DNA of 64,000 nt, taken from positions 21,001-85,000 of the forward strand of contig JBHHUN010000003.1 in NCBI GenBank assembly GCA_046753765.1. The letters are read 5' to 3'. The notes under the pieces are model-generated. The model did no database searches, had not been told where the DNA came from, and saw only the letters and a list, made by a program, of their open reading frames with translations. How positions within the stretch are numbered: the first letter of the stretch is position 1; each line of letters begins with the position of its first letter. Both the position numbers and the translations under genes were made by a program. This document shows positions 49,540-58,806 of the stretch, in pieces. Origin of the DNA: Candidatus Dojkabacteria bacterium. Its GTDB lineage: Bacteria > Patescibacteriota > Dojkabacteria > B142 > OLB20.

Positions 49540-50850
49540 CTATCTGAATACTGCAGTAATATATAATCCGCTTTTTCCGAGACCAATGTGGCTGTGACTG
49601 CCAAGCATATTTGCATTGTGTCCAGAGCTGTTAAATGCAATGTTCTCTGCGTCACAGGTCGTTCCCTCGTTCTGACAACGTTCCCAGGACTGCGAGCCAC
49701 CGCTTCCTGTATGGCTAAGTGTTCCAGTGGAATTCATCCACGAGGAGTGTTTGCTCGAAGCCGAATTCAGTTTGCTGTCGAAATTCAGTGCACCTTTTCC
49801 ATTGGCTGCCCGATGTGAGTTAATTAAGTTTAGTAGCTGCTGGTTGAAGCTACTGCTTCCTCCGGAGGAGCCACCATCGTCGCCATCGAAGCTGCATGCC
49901 GGGTTGCCACACATCCCGCACTGGGTATTGCCAGTGCATTTATCAGCCTTCGTAATTGTGACAATCTTCTTAGTGTTATTGCCGGATGAATCGATAGAAA
50001 GAACAGTAAATGTATTTGTTCCATTTTTTACTTTAAATGCTTTTTTGAAGACACCGTTTTCATCAACTACTAATGCCGTTCCGTTTACCCGAACTGCCGA
50101 TCCTGGTTCGGTCTCCCCTTTGATTGTTATTTTACTGTTTTCAGTCTGTTTTGTAGTTGGGGAGAGGATTTTGAGCTTTGGTCCACTCGTGTCTTTGAGC
50201 TCGTCGGGCAGTTCGATAACGGTTTCAAGCTGTGAGAGAAACTCTTTCCAGATGTCCGCCCCACTTAAATTCTCTCTTTTGAAGTCATCGATTTGGAATT
50301 TACCACCTGTTACGGTGATTCGTCTGTTTCTTCCTATTGAAGTGTCACCACGGATCTCGACTTTGCCATCAACAGTGATTAGTCGCTTTGATTCAGGGAT
50401 ATATAACGCTTTGAGGCCCTTTTGCATCTGAATCTCTTTATTCCCTACAAGTATAGTCTGTTTGCGGTCAATCTCTAGGTATGTAATCCCCTTTATGATT
50501 TTGAGCTCCTTATCGCTGTTCCAGATCAACTCCCCGGGTGAAGCGGTGTAGAGGGTGTTGTCGTTGTAAGATATCCCTCCTAAGTCCTCCTCCCACGCGA
50601 TTGTTTCGTCGAGGCGGTAGAGGTCGAGCTGTTCGCCTTCCGCAGTATACTTTGTAAACTGGATTTCGGCTGGATTAGAGATATCTAGCTGAATGCGTAT
50701 AATCACAAGTCCGATAAGAATTCCCAGGCTGAAAAATGCTATGAAAGTAAGTAAGACTGCAGGTATGACTACCTTATACCTGGTACTAAGCTCTCGTTTC
50801 ACCTGTGTGAAAATTCTACCTATGTCTGTTGTTACCTGAGAATCTGCCAT
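49540..50850 (-). CDS. Membrane-anchored protein with Ig-like domain, Cys cluster and C-terminal CAP/SCP domain
   Basis: TM; [13 protein letters not shown] Ig-like; [15 protein letters not shown]; [29 protein letters not shown] motifs. Confidence 0.82.
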   Translation of the reverse strand: MADSQVTTDIGRIFTQVKRELSTRYKVVIPAVLLTFIAFFSLGILIGLVIIRIQLDISNPAEIQFTKYTAEGEQLDLYRLDETIAWEEDLGGISYNDNTLYTASPGELIWNSDKELKIIKGITYLEIDRKQTILVGNKEIQMQKGLKALYIPESKRLITVDGKVEIRGDTSIGRNRRITVTGGKFQIDDFKRENLSGADIWKEFLSQLETVIELPDELKDTSGPKLKILSPTTKQTENSKITIKGETEPGSAVRVNGTALVVDENGVFKKAFKVKNGTNTFTVLSIDSSGNNTKKIVTITKADKCTGNTQCGMCGNPACSFDGDDGGSSGGSSSFNQQLLNLINSHRAANGKGALNFDSKLNSASSKHSSWMNSTGTLSHTGSGGSQSWERCQNEGTTCDAENIAFNSSGHNANMLGSHSHIGLGKSGLYITAVFR

Positions 50851-50891
50851 AATAGCGTCCAGCTACAGACATTTTAGGGTAAAACCGGGCG

Positions 50892-52661
50892 TTAGTAAAT
50901 TTCGAAGCTTTGAAGTAATTTCTTGTTGCCCTCGATCTGGTACTTGAGAAGATCGGAGTAGATCCCCCTTTTGGTTGAAAGATCTTTTGGTTTGCCGGAA
51001 TCGGCGATACGCCCTTTATCCAGGACTATCACCCTGTCCACATTCTGTATTGTCGAGAAACGATGAGCGATGATAATAACTAACTTCTCTTTCATTAGCT
51101 TTTCAAGCGCATCTTGAACCAGCTGTTCAGACCTGGAATCCAAATTACTTGTTGCTTCGTCAAGGATCAATATTGGTGCGTCATCCAGTATGGCTCTGGC
51201 TATCTGAATTCTTTGCTTTTGACCACCTGATAGTTTAATGCCTCTTTCACCTATTTCAGATTTCAAACCCTTTGGAAGCTTTTTGACGAAGTTATATGCA
51301 TTTGCCTGCTTAAGGGCTCTGATAATCTTTTTGTCTGAGAGTTTTTTGCCATAGGCTACGTTTTCTCTGACAGTAGACGAGAACAGCTCGTTCTCCTGAA
51401 AGACAAGTGAGATGTTGCTCCTGATAAATTGGTGGTCAAGCTCACCGTATGCCTGATCGTCTAAAAGTATTTCTCCTGATGTCGGTCTGTACAGCCTGAG
51501 GATTAGGTTGATGATGGTTGTCTTTCCGGCACCGCTGTGTCCTACAAGTGCAACTTTCTCTCTGGAATCAAGCTTGAACGACATCTTGTTTAAAACCTGG
51601 TCACTATCTTTATATTTAAAGGCAACATCCTTAAATTCTATAGTGGGGGTCTCCAGTTTCTTGTAGGATCTTTTGCGTGCTGAGAAAGGTTCGGTTGATT
51701 CAAGATCGAGTACCTCAAAAAACTCCTTTGATCCGCTTTCGGTGTTTTGAATTTGAGTAAGAATAAATGACATGGCGAATAGTGGCCTGCGTGCCTGAAC
51801 AACCAGCTGGATGATTAGCACCATGTCACCGATAGACATATTTCCCTCGAAGGCACTAATGAATACAATGATATTCACAACCAATAGAACAAGTATAAGT
51901 GAGAGATTCCGCAGGAAGTTGAAGAAATGATAAATTCTACTCTGTCTCGAGTAAATCCTGTTTATTGCTGATTGATTTTTTGAGATGAATCTGAATTCGT
52001 TCTGCTCATTGTTAGAGCTCTTCACCAGTTTGATGTTGCCAATGACCTCTGTAATACGGCCTCTGCCGATGTCTTCAAGCTTGTTTTTCTTCTTTTCCTC
52101 CTCGCCCCAGCGTTTGGCTGAGATATAGCTAATCACGAGGTAGATCGGAAACAATGCAAATACAAATATTGCAACCGGAACATTAAAATACGCCAGTACA
52201 GCAACTGTAAATACACTCTGTAAAAATGTCGGCAGAATGAAATTTGTGGAGGTGTTTGCGAATCCCTTGATGGTTATGATCCCCCTTGAGAGCTGGTTAA
52301 CTATCTTTCCTGAGATTTCGCTGTCAAAGTACGATTGGGGAAGCGAGAGCACTTTGCTGTAGAATTTTTGTGTTAGGTATTTCTGCAATTTCGCTGCAAA
52401 TCTATCGCCGAGCCTCTCCGTAAGGAACGAAATCACTATACCCAGAAGGCTGAATCCGAAGCTGGCTCCAATAAGGATAGCAAGTTTGTTTACGTCCCCA
52501 TCTCCCGTTTGGATCTGCAGCACAATTTCGTCAACAATGAACTTGGAAAGAACGGGCGCTACCTGCTGCAAGACAGCCCCGGTCAGGATTAGTGAAGCAA
52601 TCAGACCGATAAGCCTGTAAAGAGGACGAGAGATTTTGATTATGCGGAGAATATTTTTCAT
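50892..52661 (-). CDS. ABC exporter, fused permease/ATPase (MsbA/MdlB-like)
   Basis: TM domain plus GHSGAGKTT, LSGGQKQR and LDEATSNLD. ATG 52661 is preceded by TATAAT. Confidence 0.93.
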   Translation of the reverse strand: MKNILRIIKISRPLYRLIGLIASLILTGAVLQQVAPVLSKFIVDEIVLQIQTGDGDVNKLAILIGASFGFSLLGIVISFLTERLGDRFAAKLQKYLTQKFYSKVLSLPQSYFDSEISGKIVNQLSRGIITIKGFANTSTNFILPTFLQSVFTVAVLAYFNVPVAIFVFALFPIYLVISYISAKRWGEEEKKKNKLEDIGRGRITEVIGNIKLVKSSNNEQNEFRFISKNQSAINRIYSRQSRIYHFFNFLRNLSLILVLLVVNIIVFISAFEGNMSIGDMVLIIQLVVQARRPLFAMSFILTQIQNTESGSKEFFEVLDLESTEPFSARKRSYKKLETPTIEFKDVAFKYKDSDQVLNKMSFKLDSREKVALVGHSGAGKTTIINLILRLYRPTSGEILLDDQAYGELDHQFIRSNISLVFQENELFSSTVRENVAYGKKLSDKKIIRALKQANAYNFVKKLPKGLKSEIGERGIKLSGGQKQRIQIARAILDDAPILILDEATSNLDSRSEQLVQDALEKLMKEKLVIIIAHRFSTIQNVDRVIVLDKGRIADSGKPKDLSTKRGIYSDLLKYQIEGNKKLLQSFEIY

Positions 52662-52761
52662 GCGAGGTTTATTATACACGAATCTGGCCCAGGCTCACCT
52701 GAGTATTTTTGTCTTGTAAATCGCTGTATACGTGTTATATAATCGCAGATCGTTATGGGAA

Positions 52762-52977
52762 ATGAAGAAAAATCACAATTGCAAGGTCAACCCCTTCGGA
52801 GAAAAAGCAGTGGAGTTAAATCCGGCAGCTGTGTTTGATACAGTTGCGACAGCTATAGAAACTGTTCAACGCAGCCAGAACCCTAATCGCTTCCCTCTCA
52901 CAACAATCAACGATCATCAAAAAAAACGCAGCAAGTCGTTGCAAATTTCCCCAAATAAGCATAAACTACTACGGTAA
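52762..52977 (+). CDS. Possible small hypothetical ORF or gene remnant
   Basis: 71-codon frame downstream of a TATAAT; no motif recognised. Confidence 0.25.
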   Translation: MKKNHNCKVNPFGEKAVELNPAAVFDTVATAIETVQRSQNPNRFPLTTINDHQKKRSKSLQISPNKHKLLR

Positions 52978-52994
52978 TAGTAGAGAGCTTTCTT

Positions 52995-53597
52995 GTGACC
53001 GAACAATCAACAGAAAAAAACACGATACTTTACATTGTTGTTGGCTTTTTCCTCATCTTGCTGGTTTTAGGAGGAGCAATCGTGCTTCTGGGCAGTGGCC
53101 AGCCTGATGCAGAGGTATCCATGTCTGGCAATGTACAGATAATCGATGGTGACTCTGCGGAGTATCATGTTAATGATTTTGACGAGCTCTTCTTTACCGA
53201 CCACAACGGCAGCGAAGTGAGACTCTCAGACTTTAAAGGTAAGATAATCGTTGCCAACGTCTGGGCTACGTGGTGCCCTTTCTGCATCAATGAGATGCCT
53301 GACTTCGCCAGGCTAAAACAGGAATTTGGTGATGATATCGTTGTGCTCACGATTGATAGAAGAGAGTCCCAGGAGGAGCAGCAACTCTATCTTAGTGATC
53401 TGACAGATAGTAGCGGAGTAGATCTAGGCAGCAGCCTGATAACACTGAATGACCCAACGGACTCGTTTTATAGAGCGATTGGCGGGTTCTCAATGCCAGA
53501 GACCATCTTTTTTGATTCAAAGGGAAGAGGATTTGAGCACATTCGAGGACCAATGACTCTCGAAGATATGAAGGAGATGGTAGCTAATCTTATGTAA
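52995..53597 (+). CDS. TlpA/ResA-like membrane-anchored thioredoxin
   Basis: TM; NVWATWCPFCINEMP; cis-Pro MPET. Confidence 0.92.
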   Translation: MTEQSTEKNTILYIVVGFFLILLVLGGAIVLLGSGQPDAEVSMSGNVQIIDGDSAEYHVNDFDELFFTDHNGSEVRLSDFKGKIIVANVWATWCPFCINEMPDFARLKQEFGDDIVVLTIDRRESQEEQQLYLSDLTDSSGVDLGSSLITLNDPTDSFYRAIGGFSMPETIFFDSKGRGFEHIRGPMTLEDMKEMVANLM

Positions 53598-53627
53598 AAG
53601 AATCTATTTATTTGATACATAAAAGCA

Positions 53628-54389
53628 ATGATTGAGCCAACATTTGTACTATCAGCATTCTTTGCAGGTGTACTTACATTTCTTGCGCCATGTACATTTC
53701 CTTTAATCCCTGCATACCTGGGCTTTATAAGTGGAAGCTCTACAAAAGAGCTCGAAGATCCAGAGAAAAGAGGTGAGCTTAAGTTGAAGATCATTAAGAA
53801 TGGTTTGTTTTTCGTGCTCGGGTTCAGCACTGTTTTCATCTCATTCGGAATCCTCGCCGGATTCCTAGGTGGAAGACTTCTCGGAGAGCTTAGGGTATGG
53901 CTCAGCAGAATTGGTGGGGTGGTAGTCATTGTATTTGGTCTATTTATGATCGGTATAGTTAAAATCCCTTTTTTAGAAAGAACACAGAAGATCCAGCTTC
54001 CAAAGTCCATGAAGGTAGGAACACCGTTTAGCTCTTTTTTTGTTGGGGCTACGTTTGCCTTCGGATGGACTCCCTGTGTTGGACCGATTTTGGCAGCCAT
54101 CATTGCACTTGCAGCAACATCTGCAACGGCACTGCAGGGAGGGTTGCTTTTGGCAGTGTTTTCATTAGGGTTAGCAGTGCCCTTTATGGTATTGGCAATC
54201 GGTGTTGGGTCTGCACTCAAATATGTGAAAAAGATCAACAGGTATTTGAAAGTGGTATCGGTTATTGGCGGAGTCTTCCTGATTATTGTGGGGATCCTGC
54301 TTCTGACTAATAACTTCACGGCAATAATCGAGTTTGGATTCAGACTGTTTGGATTTATTAACTACGAAGGGATACTCGATTATCTATGA
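53628..54389 (+). CDS. ccdA: CcdA/DsbD-beta electron transporter
   Basis: AGVLTFLAPCTFPLIP and FAFGWTPCVGPIL. Confidence 0.92.
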   Translation: MIEPTFVLSAFFAGVLTFLAPCTFPLIPAYLGFISGSSTKELEDPEKRGELKLKIIKNGLFFVLGFSTVFISFGILAGFLGGRLLGELRVWLSRIGGVVVIVFGLFMIGIVKIPFLERTQKIQLPKSMKVGTPFSSFFVGATFAFGWTPCVGPILAAIIALAATSATALQGGLLLAVFSLGLAVPFMVLAIGVGSALKYVKKINRYLKVVSVIGGVFLIIVGILLLTNNFTAIIEFGFRLFGFINYEGILDYL

Positions 54390-54424
54390 ACCTCTGATAT
54401 ATTTGTAAATATTAAGAACTTCGC

Positions 54425-54982
54425 ATGAGTTCAAAAGCTATTATTGGGGTTATAGGGATTTCTGTTTTGGTAATCGTTGGCTTAGCTGTTCTTTTATCTC
54501 CAACGGAAGGGAACATTGAGTCAGTATCCCCGGCAACAGGGCAAGACAACTTAGCAGCTCCTGCAGCAACCACGGGGGCTGAACTTGCACCGGATTTTCA
54601 GCTGAAGCGCCTTGGCGGTGGAACGCTAAGTCTCTCACAGTACCGAAGTGAAAAGGCTGTTATCCTCGACTTTTTTGCAACCTGGTGTCCTAACTGCCGT
54701 AGAAATATGCCGAAGCTGTCGTCTATTTACGAGAAGTACAAGGACGATGTTGAGGTCGTTGGTGTGAATCTGCACGAGGATGAGGGTACTGTTCAAAGTT
54801 ACATCAAGAGCCAGAATATCCTTTACCCTATCGTTCTCGATCCAGCGAGCAGCGCTGCCAATACATACGGTGTGTTTTACACCAACTATCACGTTTTTAT
54901 CAATAGAAGTGGAGTGATTGTAAACTCGGTCCCTGGCGACGTATCGGAACAACAGGTAATAGACTTAATTTCATCAGAGTAA
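54425..54982 (+). CDS. Second TlpA/ResA-like thioredoxin
   Basis: APDFQL, DFFATWCPNCRRNMP. Confidence 0.9.
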   Translation: MSSKAIIGVIGISVLVIVGLAVLLSPTEGNIESVSPATGQDNLAAPAATTGAELAPDFQLKRLGGGTLSLSQYRSEKAVILDFFATWCPNCRRNMPKLSSIYEKYKDDVEVVGVNLHEDEGTVQSYIKSQNILYPIVLDPASSAANTYGVFYTNYHVFINRSGVIVNSVPGDVSEQQVIDLISSE

Positions 54983-54994
54983 GGCTTACTAATT

Positions 54995-55747
54995 ATGCAG
55001 GAGGTAAACTTCATTACAGCTTTCGGTGCAGGTCTGTTAACTTTCTTTGCACCATGTACATTCGTGACGCTCCCAACGTTCATCAGTTACCTGATATTTC
55101 AGGCTACCGGGGAAGAGACTATTAGGAGTGGAAAGAGATATAAGTTGAAGGTTTTGCTTAGTGCTGTCAGTTATGTATCAGGGTTTCTGCTTGTGTTTAC
55201 ACTGCTAGGTGTAACAGCCACAGGAGTGGGCTCACTGTTTTCGAGAAATAAGGACCTCCTAACTAACGTTGGCGCAATCGTCATTATTCTTTTTGGCCTA
55301 CTTATCCTTTTTGGCGAGAGAGTGAAAAAACTGCAGTTTCTATTCAAGGAGAAAAAGGTTGAAGTAAATACAACGAGATTCGGAAAAGGGTATGTTTTTC
55401 CATTTATTATAGGGGTCACTTCGGCATTTGCATGGACACCGTGCATTGGTCCTATCCTTGGGGGGATTTTATTTTTGGCAGGCACATCAACCGATACAGC
55501 CCTACAGGGGGGTGCTCTTCTGTTTACCTATGGTCTCGGTATCTCAATTCCGTTCATATTAATAGCAGTATTTTTAGGGTCGGCACAAAAGTGGATGAGG
55601 AAGATTAATAGATACACAGGCACAATTCACAAGATCAGTGCTCTGTTGTTGATCATACTTGGTGTAATGCTGCTGACAGGATTTGCGGACCAGGCTTATG
55701 GCTTTCTGTTTCGTTTGTTTACGAGCATTGGATATATGCCGAAATAG
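54995..55747 (+). CDS. ccdA: Second CcdA/DsbD-beta electron transporter
   Basis: AGLLTFFAPCTFVTLP and AFAWTPCIGPIL. Confidence 0.9.
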   Translation: MQEVNFITAFGAGLLTFFAPCTFVTLPTFISYLIFQATGEETIRSGKRYKLKVLLSAVSYVSGFLLVFTLLGVTATGVGSLFSRNKDLLTNVGAIVIILFGLLILFGERVKKLQFLFKEKKVEVNTTRFGKGYVFPFIIGVTSAFAWTPCIGPILGGILFLAGTSTDTALQGGALLFTYGLGISIPFILIAVFLGSAQKWMRKINRYTGTIHKISALLLIILGVMLLTGFADQAYGFLFRLFTSIGYMPK

Positions 55748-55780
55748 TAGGTGTCGTCTATTGATCCTTTGTCTGTTCTG

Positions 55781-56443
55781 TTACTCTGTCTCTGGATCAA
55801 TAGTACTCTCAAGCTCCTCCCCTGCTATTGATGTCCCTTCTCCATCATCGTTTTTATCCTCTGCATGGGTGGTTGTGCCATTGCCCTTTTTATCTGTGTT
55901 GGGTTTAGAGGGTTGACCACCATCCTCACCAGCTAATATCATCTGATCGAGGTATGAGTTAATCTGAAAAGTAAGTACGATAGCAGTTGTATAATCCTCT
56001 TTTTTGAAAGCTGTTTGAGCATCATAAAGGTAAGCTTTGAGAACCGTGATATCGTCCGTATCCAGTTTTGCGATGCTCACCTCTGCTCGATCAATTGCAT
56101 CCTGAGCGTAGTCCTTTCTGGCTTTACTAGAGGACTGTTCGATGTCAAAATCACCACTATAGGCAGCAAGGTCAGTATTAATCTTGTAGATAGTTTTTGG
56201 CACAGGTTGAGGAGTTGTTAACAGCAAAAAACTGAGCGTTAAGGCAAACACCGTGGTCAGAGCAAGCTTCAGCTTTGTTATTACAAATAACGATTTCAAC
56301 CCCTCTATGAAGGTTGGTTTTGGTTTGATGGTACCAGCAAGAGAAAGATAGTCTTCCCTTGTCGTGGCTGTCCACCGAGCATCAGGTCTGATGCCAGAGG
56401 CTACCTCTCTTAGCTTATCTTCAGTTTTGGATAGTTCTTCCAT
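55781..56443 (-). CDS. Putative anti-sigma factor (single TM)
   Basis: Starts 4 nt after the ECF sigma stop; short cytoplasmic N-terminus, one TM, helical extracytoplasmic part. Confidence 0.6.
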   Translation of the reverse strand: MEELSKTEDKLREVASGIRPDARWTATTREDYLSLAGTIKPKPTFIEGLKSLFVITKLKLALTTVFALTLSFLLLTTPQPVPKTIYKINTDLAAYSGDFDIEQSSSKARKDYAQDAIDRAEVSIAKLDTDDITVLKAYLYDAQTAFKKEDYTTAIVLTFQINSYLDQMILAGEDGGQPSKPNTDKKGNGTTTHAEDKNDDGEGTSIAGEELESTIDPETE

Positions 56444-56447
56444 GAGC

Positions 56448-56963
56448 TTATTCTAAAGACTTTCTTAATTTTTTTATAGCTCTAAATCTGACAACACGTA
56501 TGTTGCCCGGAGGCTTGCCAACAACAAGACTAATCTCTTTGTCGTTGAGCTGGGCGAAATACGTAAGCTCAACGATCTCTCTTTCCAGCTCTTTTAGATT
56601 GTCAAATTTCTCTTTTATCCGCTCAATTACCATTTGGTTATCGGATCGATCCTCGTGATCTGTGGAGTCTTCTGCGATTTCAATCATTTCGTTCGAAGAA
56701 ACGAATCGATTTTTACGCAGCATATCTATTAGGGTATTACGGGTGATTGTGAACAACCAGGCTTCAAAATTTTTGTCCACATCGAGCTTATGAATATGCT
56801 CGATGACCTTAATAAATACGGTACTGGCGAGGTCCTCAGCTGTTTCTTTGTTGTGTATACGAATGTAAATGTACCTGTATACCCTATCAAGATAATTATC
56901 AAAGATCTGTGCTAAACATGCTTTATCACCTTGCTTGGCTTTGAGCAGAATCCCTTTATCCAA
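56448..56963 (-). CDS. ECF RNA polymerase sigma factor
   Basis: AEDLASTVF, FEAWLFTITRN..ID region 2; EIS..VGK..GNIRV..FRA region 4. Confidence 0.93.
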   Translation of the reverse strand: MDKGILLKAKQGDKACLAQIFDNYLDRVYRYIYIRIHNKETAEDLASTVFIKVIEHIHKLDVDKNFEAWLFTITRNTLIDMLRKNRFVSSNEMIEIAEDSTDHEDRSDNQMVIERIKEKFDNLKELEREIVELTYFAQLNDKEISLVVGKPPGNIRVVRFRAIKKLRKSLE

Positions 56964-57016
56964 TGTCTTTTGTTTTCATCAATTTTGCAAACATAAAGTG
57001 AAAGGATAGTAAATTA

Positions 57017-57044
57017 TATACGTTATTGCCAATCAAAGGTTTCA
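57017..57044 (-). promoter_or_regulatory. ECF (sigmaW-like) promoter upstream of the ECF sigma gene
   Basis: TGAAAC-N16-CGTATA on the minus strand, matching the B. subtilis sigmaW consensus TGAAAC-N16-CGTA. Confidence 0.75.
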
Positions 57045-57460
57045 AAAAAACATCCGAGAAAATTACAGTTTCAATCCTTATATTACAGATATGAATCGAG
57101 GCTATATGGTGTTGATATCGTTGGTGTGTGGGTTGGTCAGCAATATGGTGTGATGGTTAGGAGGATTGGTTATGGATGTTCAAAATTTATAACGAAAAGA
57201 GTTATAAACTGTTTACATCAGCATGAGATTTTTCTATGATGACTTCACCTTCACTTTTGCTATAGATTCGGTATACACCTCGACTGTCTTTTCTTTTTTC
57301 CAAATTTATAGAAATTTTTTATTGGCTATATTATGGCTGAAACTGCCCTATTGATTTTAAAAAGAGTGCACCGGTTTCTCATTAGAGATCCATAGAAATC
57401 CTTAAAGCTATCCCTGACTTAGTTTTCATATATTTTTATATTTTTTAAGACATACAAATT

Positions 57461-58087
57461 ATGGCTGTAGCTGCCCCTATCCCTACTGAAACAATTCAAG
57501 GCGGCGAAGTGTTTCTGACGAGAGCTGAAATTGTCCGTCCCGTAGAAATAATTACAGACGTTCGCCCTAGAGTGGTAATAGTTGAAAATCCTGAAAGTGA
57601 TCATGGCCAACTGCTTGAGGTTTCACTAGGGATGCATGGTATCTTCACAGAACCTCTTAAAAGCGGTGATATTTTCAGGGTTGGGAATCAAGATCTTGAT
57701 GGTATCGTAAGGTTAACCAGAGAGTTAAAGGCTACAGGAAAAATCCAGGATACCGTTTTTGTAGTCGGAGATCATGTTGGTTCTCCGGTGTACCCAAAGC
57801 TAGTAAAGCACGCTTTATCAGTTGGTACTCCCCCAGACGGGCTTCCCACTGTAATTTTGAGGAGAACTGAAATCTCGGATGGCTTATAACAGGCATATGC
57901 CAGATTAGTTCATGATCCTGCATCGGGTGTGCTGCAACAACCAATTCAGATGTTAGCAATCGGCACTGATACTCTACGAACTATTGCGATGGATCCTGAA
58001 TCGTTGGGATATCCTGGAAATGATTTTGCGGCGATATTGAGAAACATCAGAACAGCTGCTGCAGCTAGAGTATATCAAGCGGCATAG
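57461..58087 (+). pseudogene. Hypothetical gene interrupted by one in-frame TAA (57887-57889)
   Basis: After the TAA the same frame continues for 65 sense codons to TAG 58085-58087, ending 1 nt before the convergent gene. Confidence 0.6.
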
Positions 58088-58088
58088 C

Positions 58089-58748
58089 CTATTTAAAAAG
58101 CTTTTCGATCTTTTTGTTATTGATGTAGATGCGAGCACTGTCAACCCATTCAAATTGGAGTACAGTGCTCTTGAGTTGCTCGCGGAATCTAGGTCCATCA
58201 CAATCGTCTCCCAGCTTAAATATGCCCGAGAGTTTTACGATTGCTGTCCTGTCTTTGATTTCGACTGATTCAATTTTCAGAATTGAGTTATAGAGTGCGG
58301 TGTACAGTCCTGTTTGACCAAAGTTGGGGGTTTTATACGACAACAACTCAGTGATAGCCCTTGTGATCGGTTCTCGAGTGTACTTTATAGGCACAACAAC
58401 GCCTACCAGACTATCTCCACAACCGATCTGTTCTCCTGATGCACCGAAGTCCCCGATGGAAGTGAAGTAGATATTGAATTCTCCCTCAACTGTGTGGCCT
58501 GCCTCCTTTTCTGGTACGCGACCCTCTGCTGTAGGTGTTGGTGTAATTGATACTGTTGTATCAGTGTCAGCAGGTACTGGTTGTTCAGTCCCAGTTGATT
58601 GATCTCCAGCAAGTAGTGCCTGTGTGAGAATTGATGAGAGGACCGCTGAGACAATCATGGCCACTACCAAAAGAAAATACGCTTGTGTTCGAAGTATCTT
58701 GGGTTGGTCTGTTTTTTCGGTTTCCTTTGCAGTTTTTTTACCCGCCAT
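58089..58748 (-). CDS. GerMN-domain membrane-anchored protein
   Basis: TM; CGDSLV.V, AITELL, AIVKLSG..C....QLKSTVLQF..V..ARIYIN. Confidence 0.75.
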   Translation of the reverse strand: MAGKKTAKETEKTDQPKILRTQAYFLLVVAMIVSAVLSSILTQALLAGDQSTGTEQPVPADTDTTVSITPTPTAEGRVPEKEAGHTVEGEFNIYFTSIGDFGASGEQIGCGDSLVGVVVPIKYTREPITRAITELLSYKTPNFGQTGLYTALYNSILKIESVEIKDRTAIVKLSGIFKLGDDCDGPRFREQLKSTVLQFEWVDSARIYINNKKIEKLFK

Positions 58749-58806
58749 CTTAACAATAGTGTACTACTTTGTGGACTTGAAATTAAGATTGAGTAATAAT
58801 GTATTT

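Noticed and set aside
53468-54319. 283-aa - strand ORF (and similar long antisense ORFs at 49727-50431 and 32785-33351)
   Set aside because: They lie wholly opposite well-supported genes and carry no motifs.
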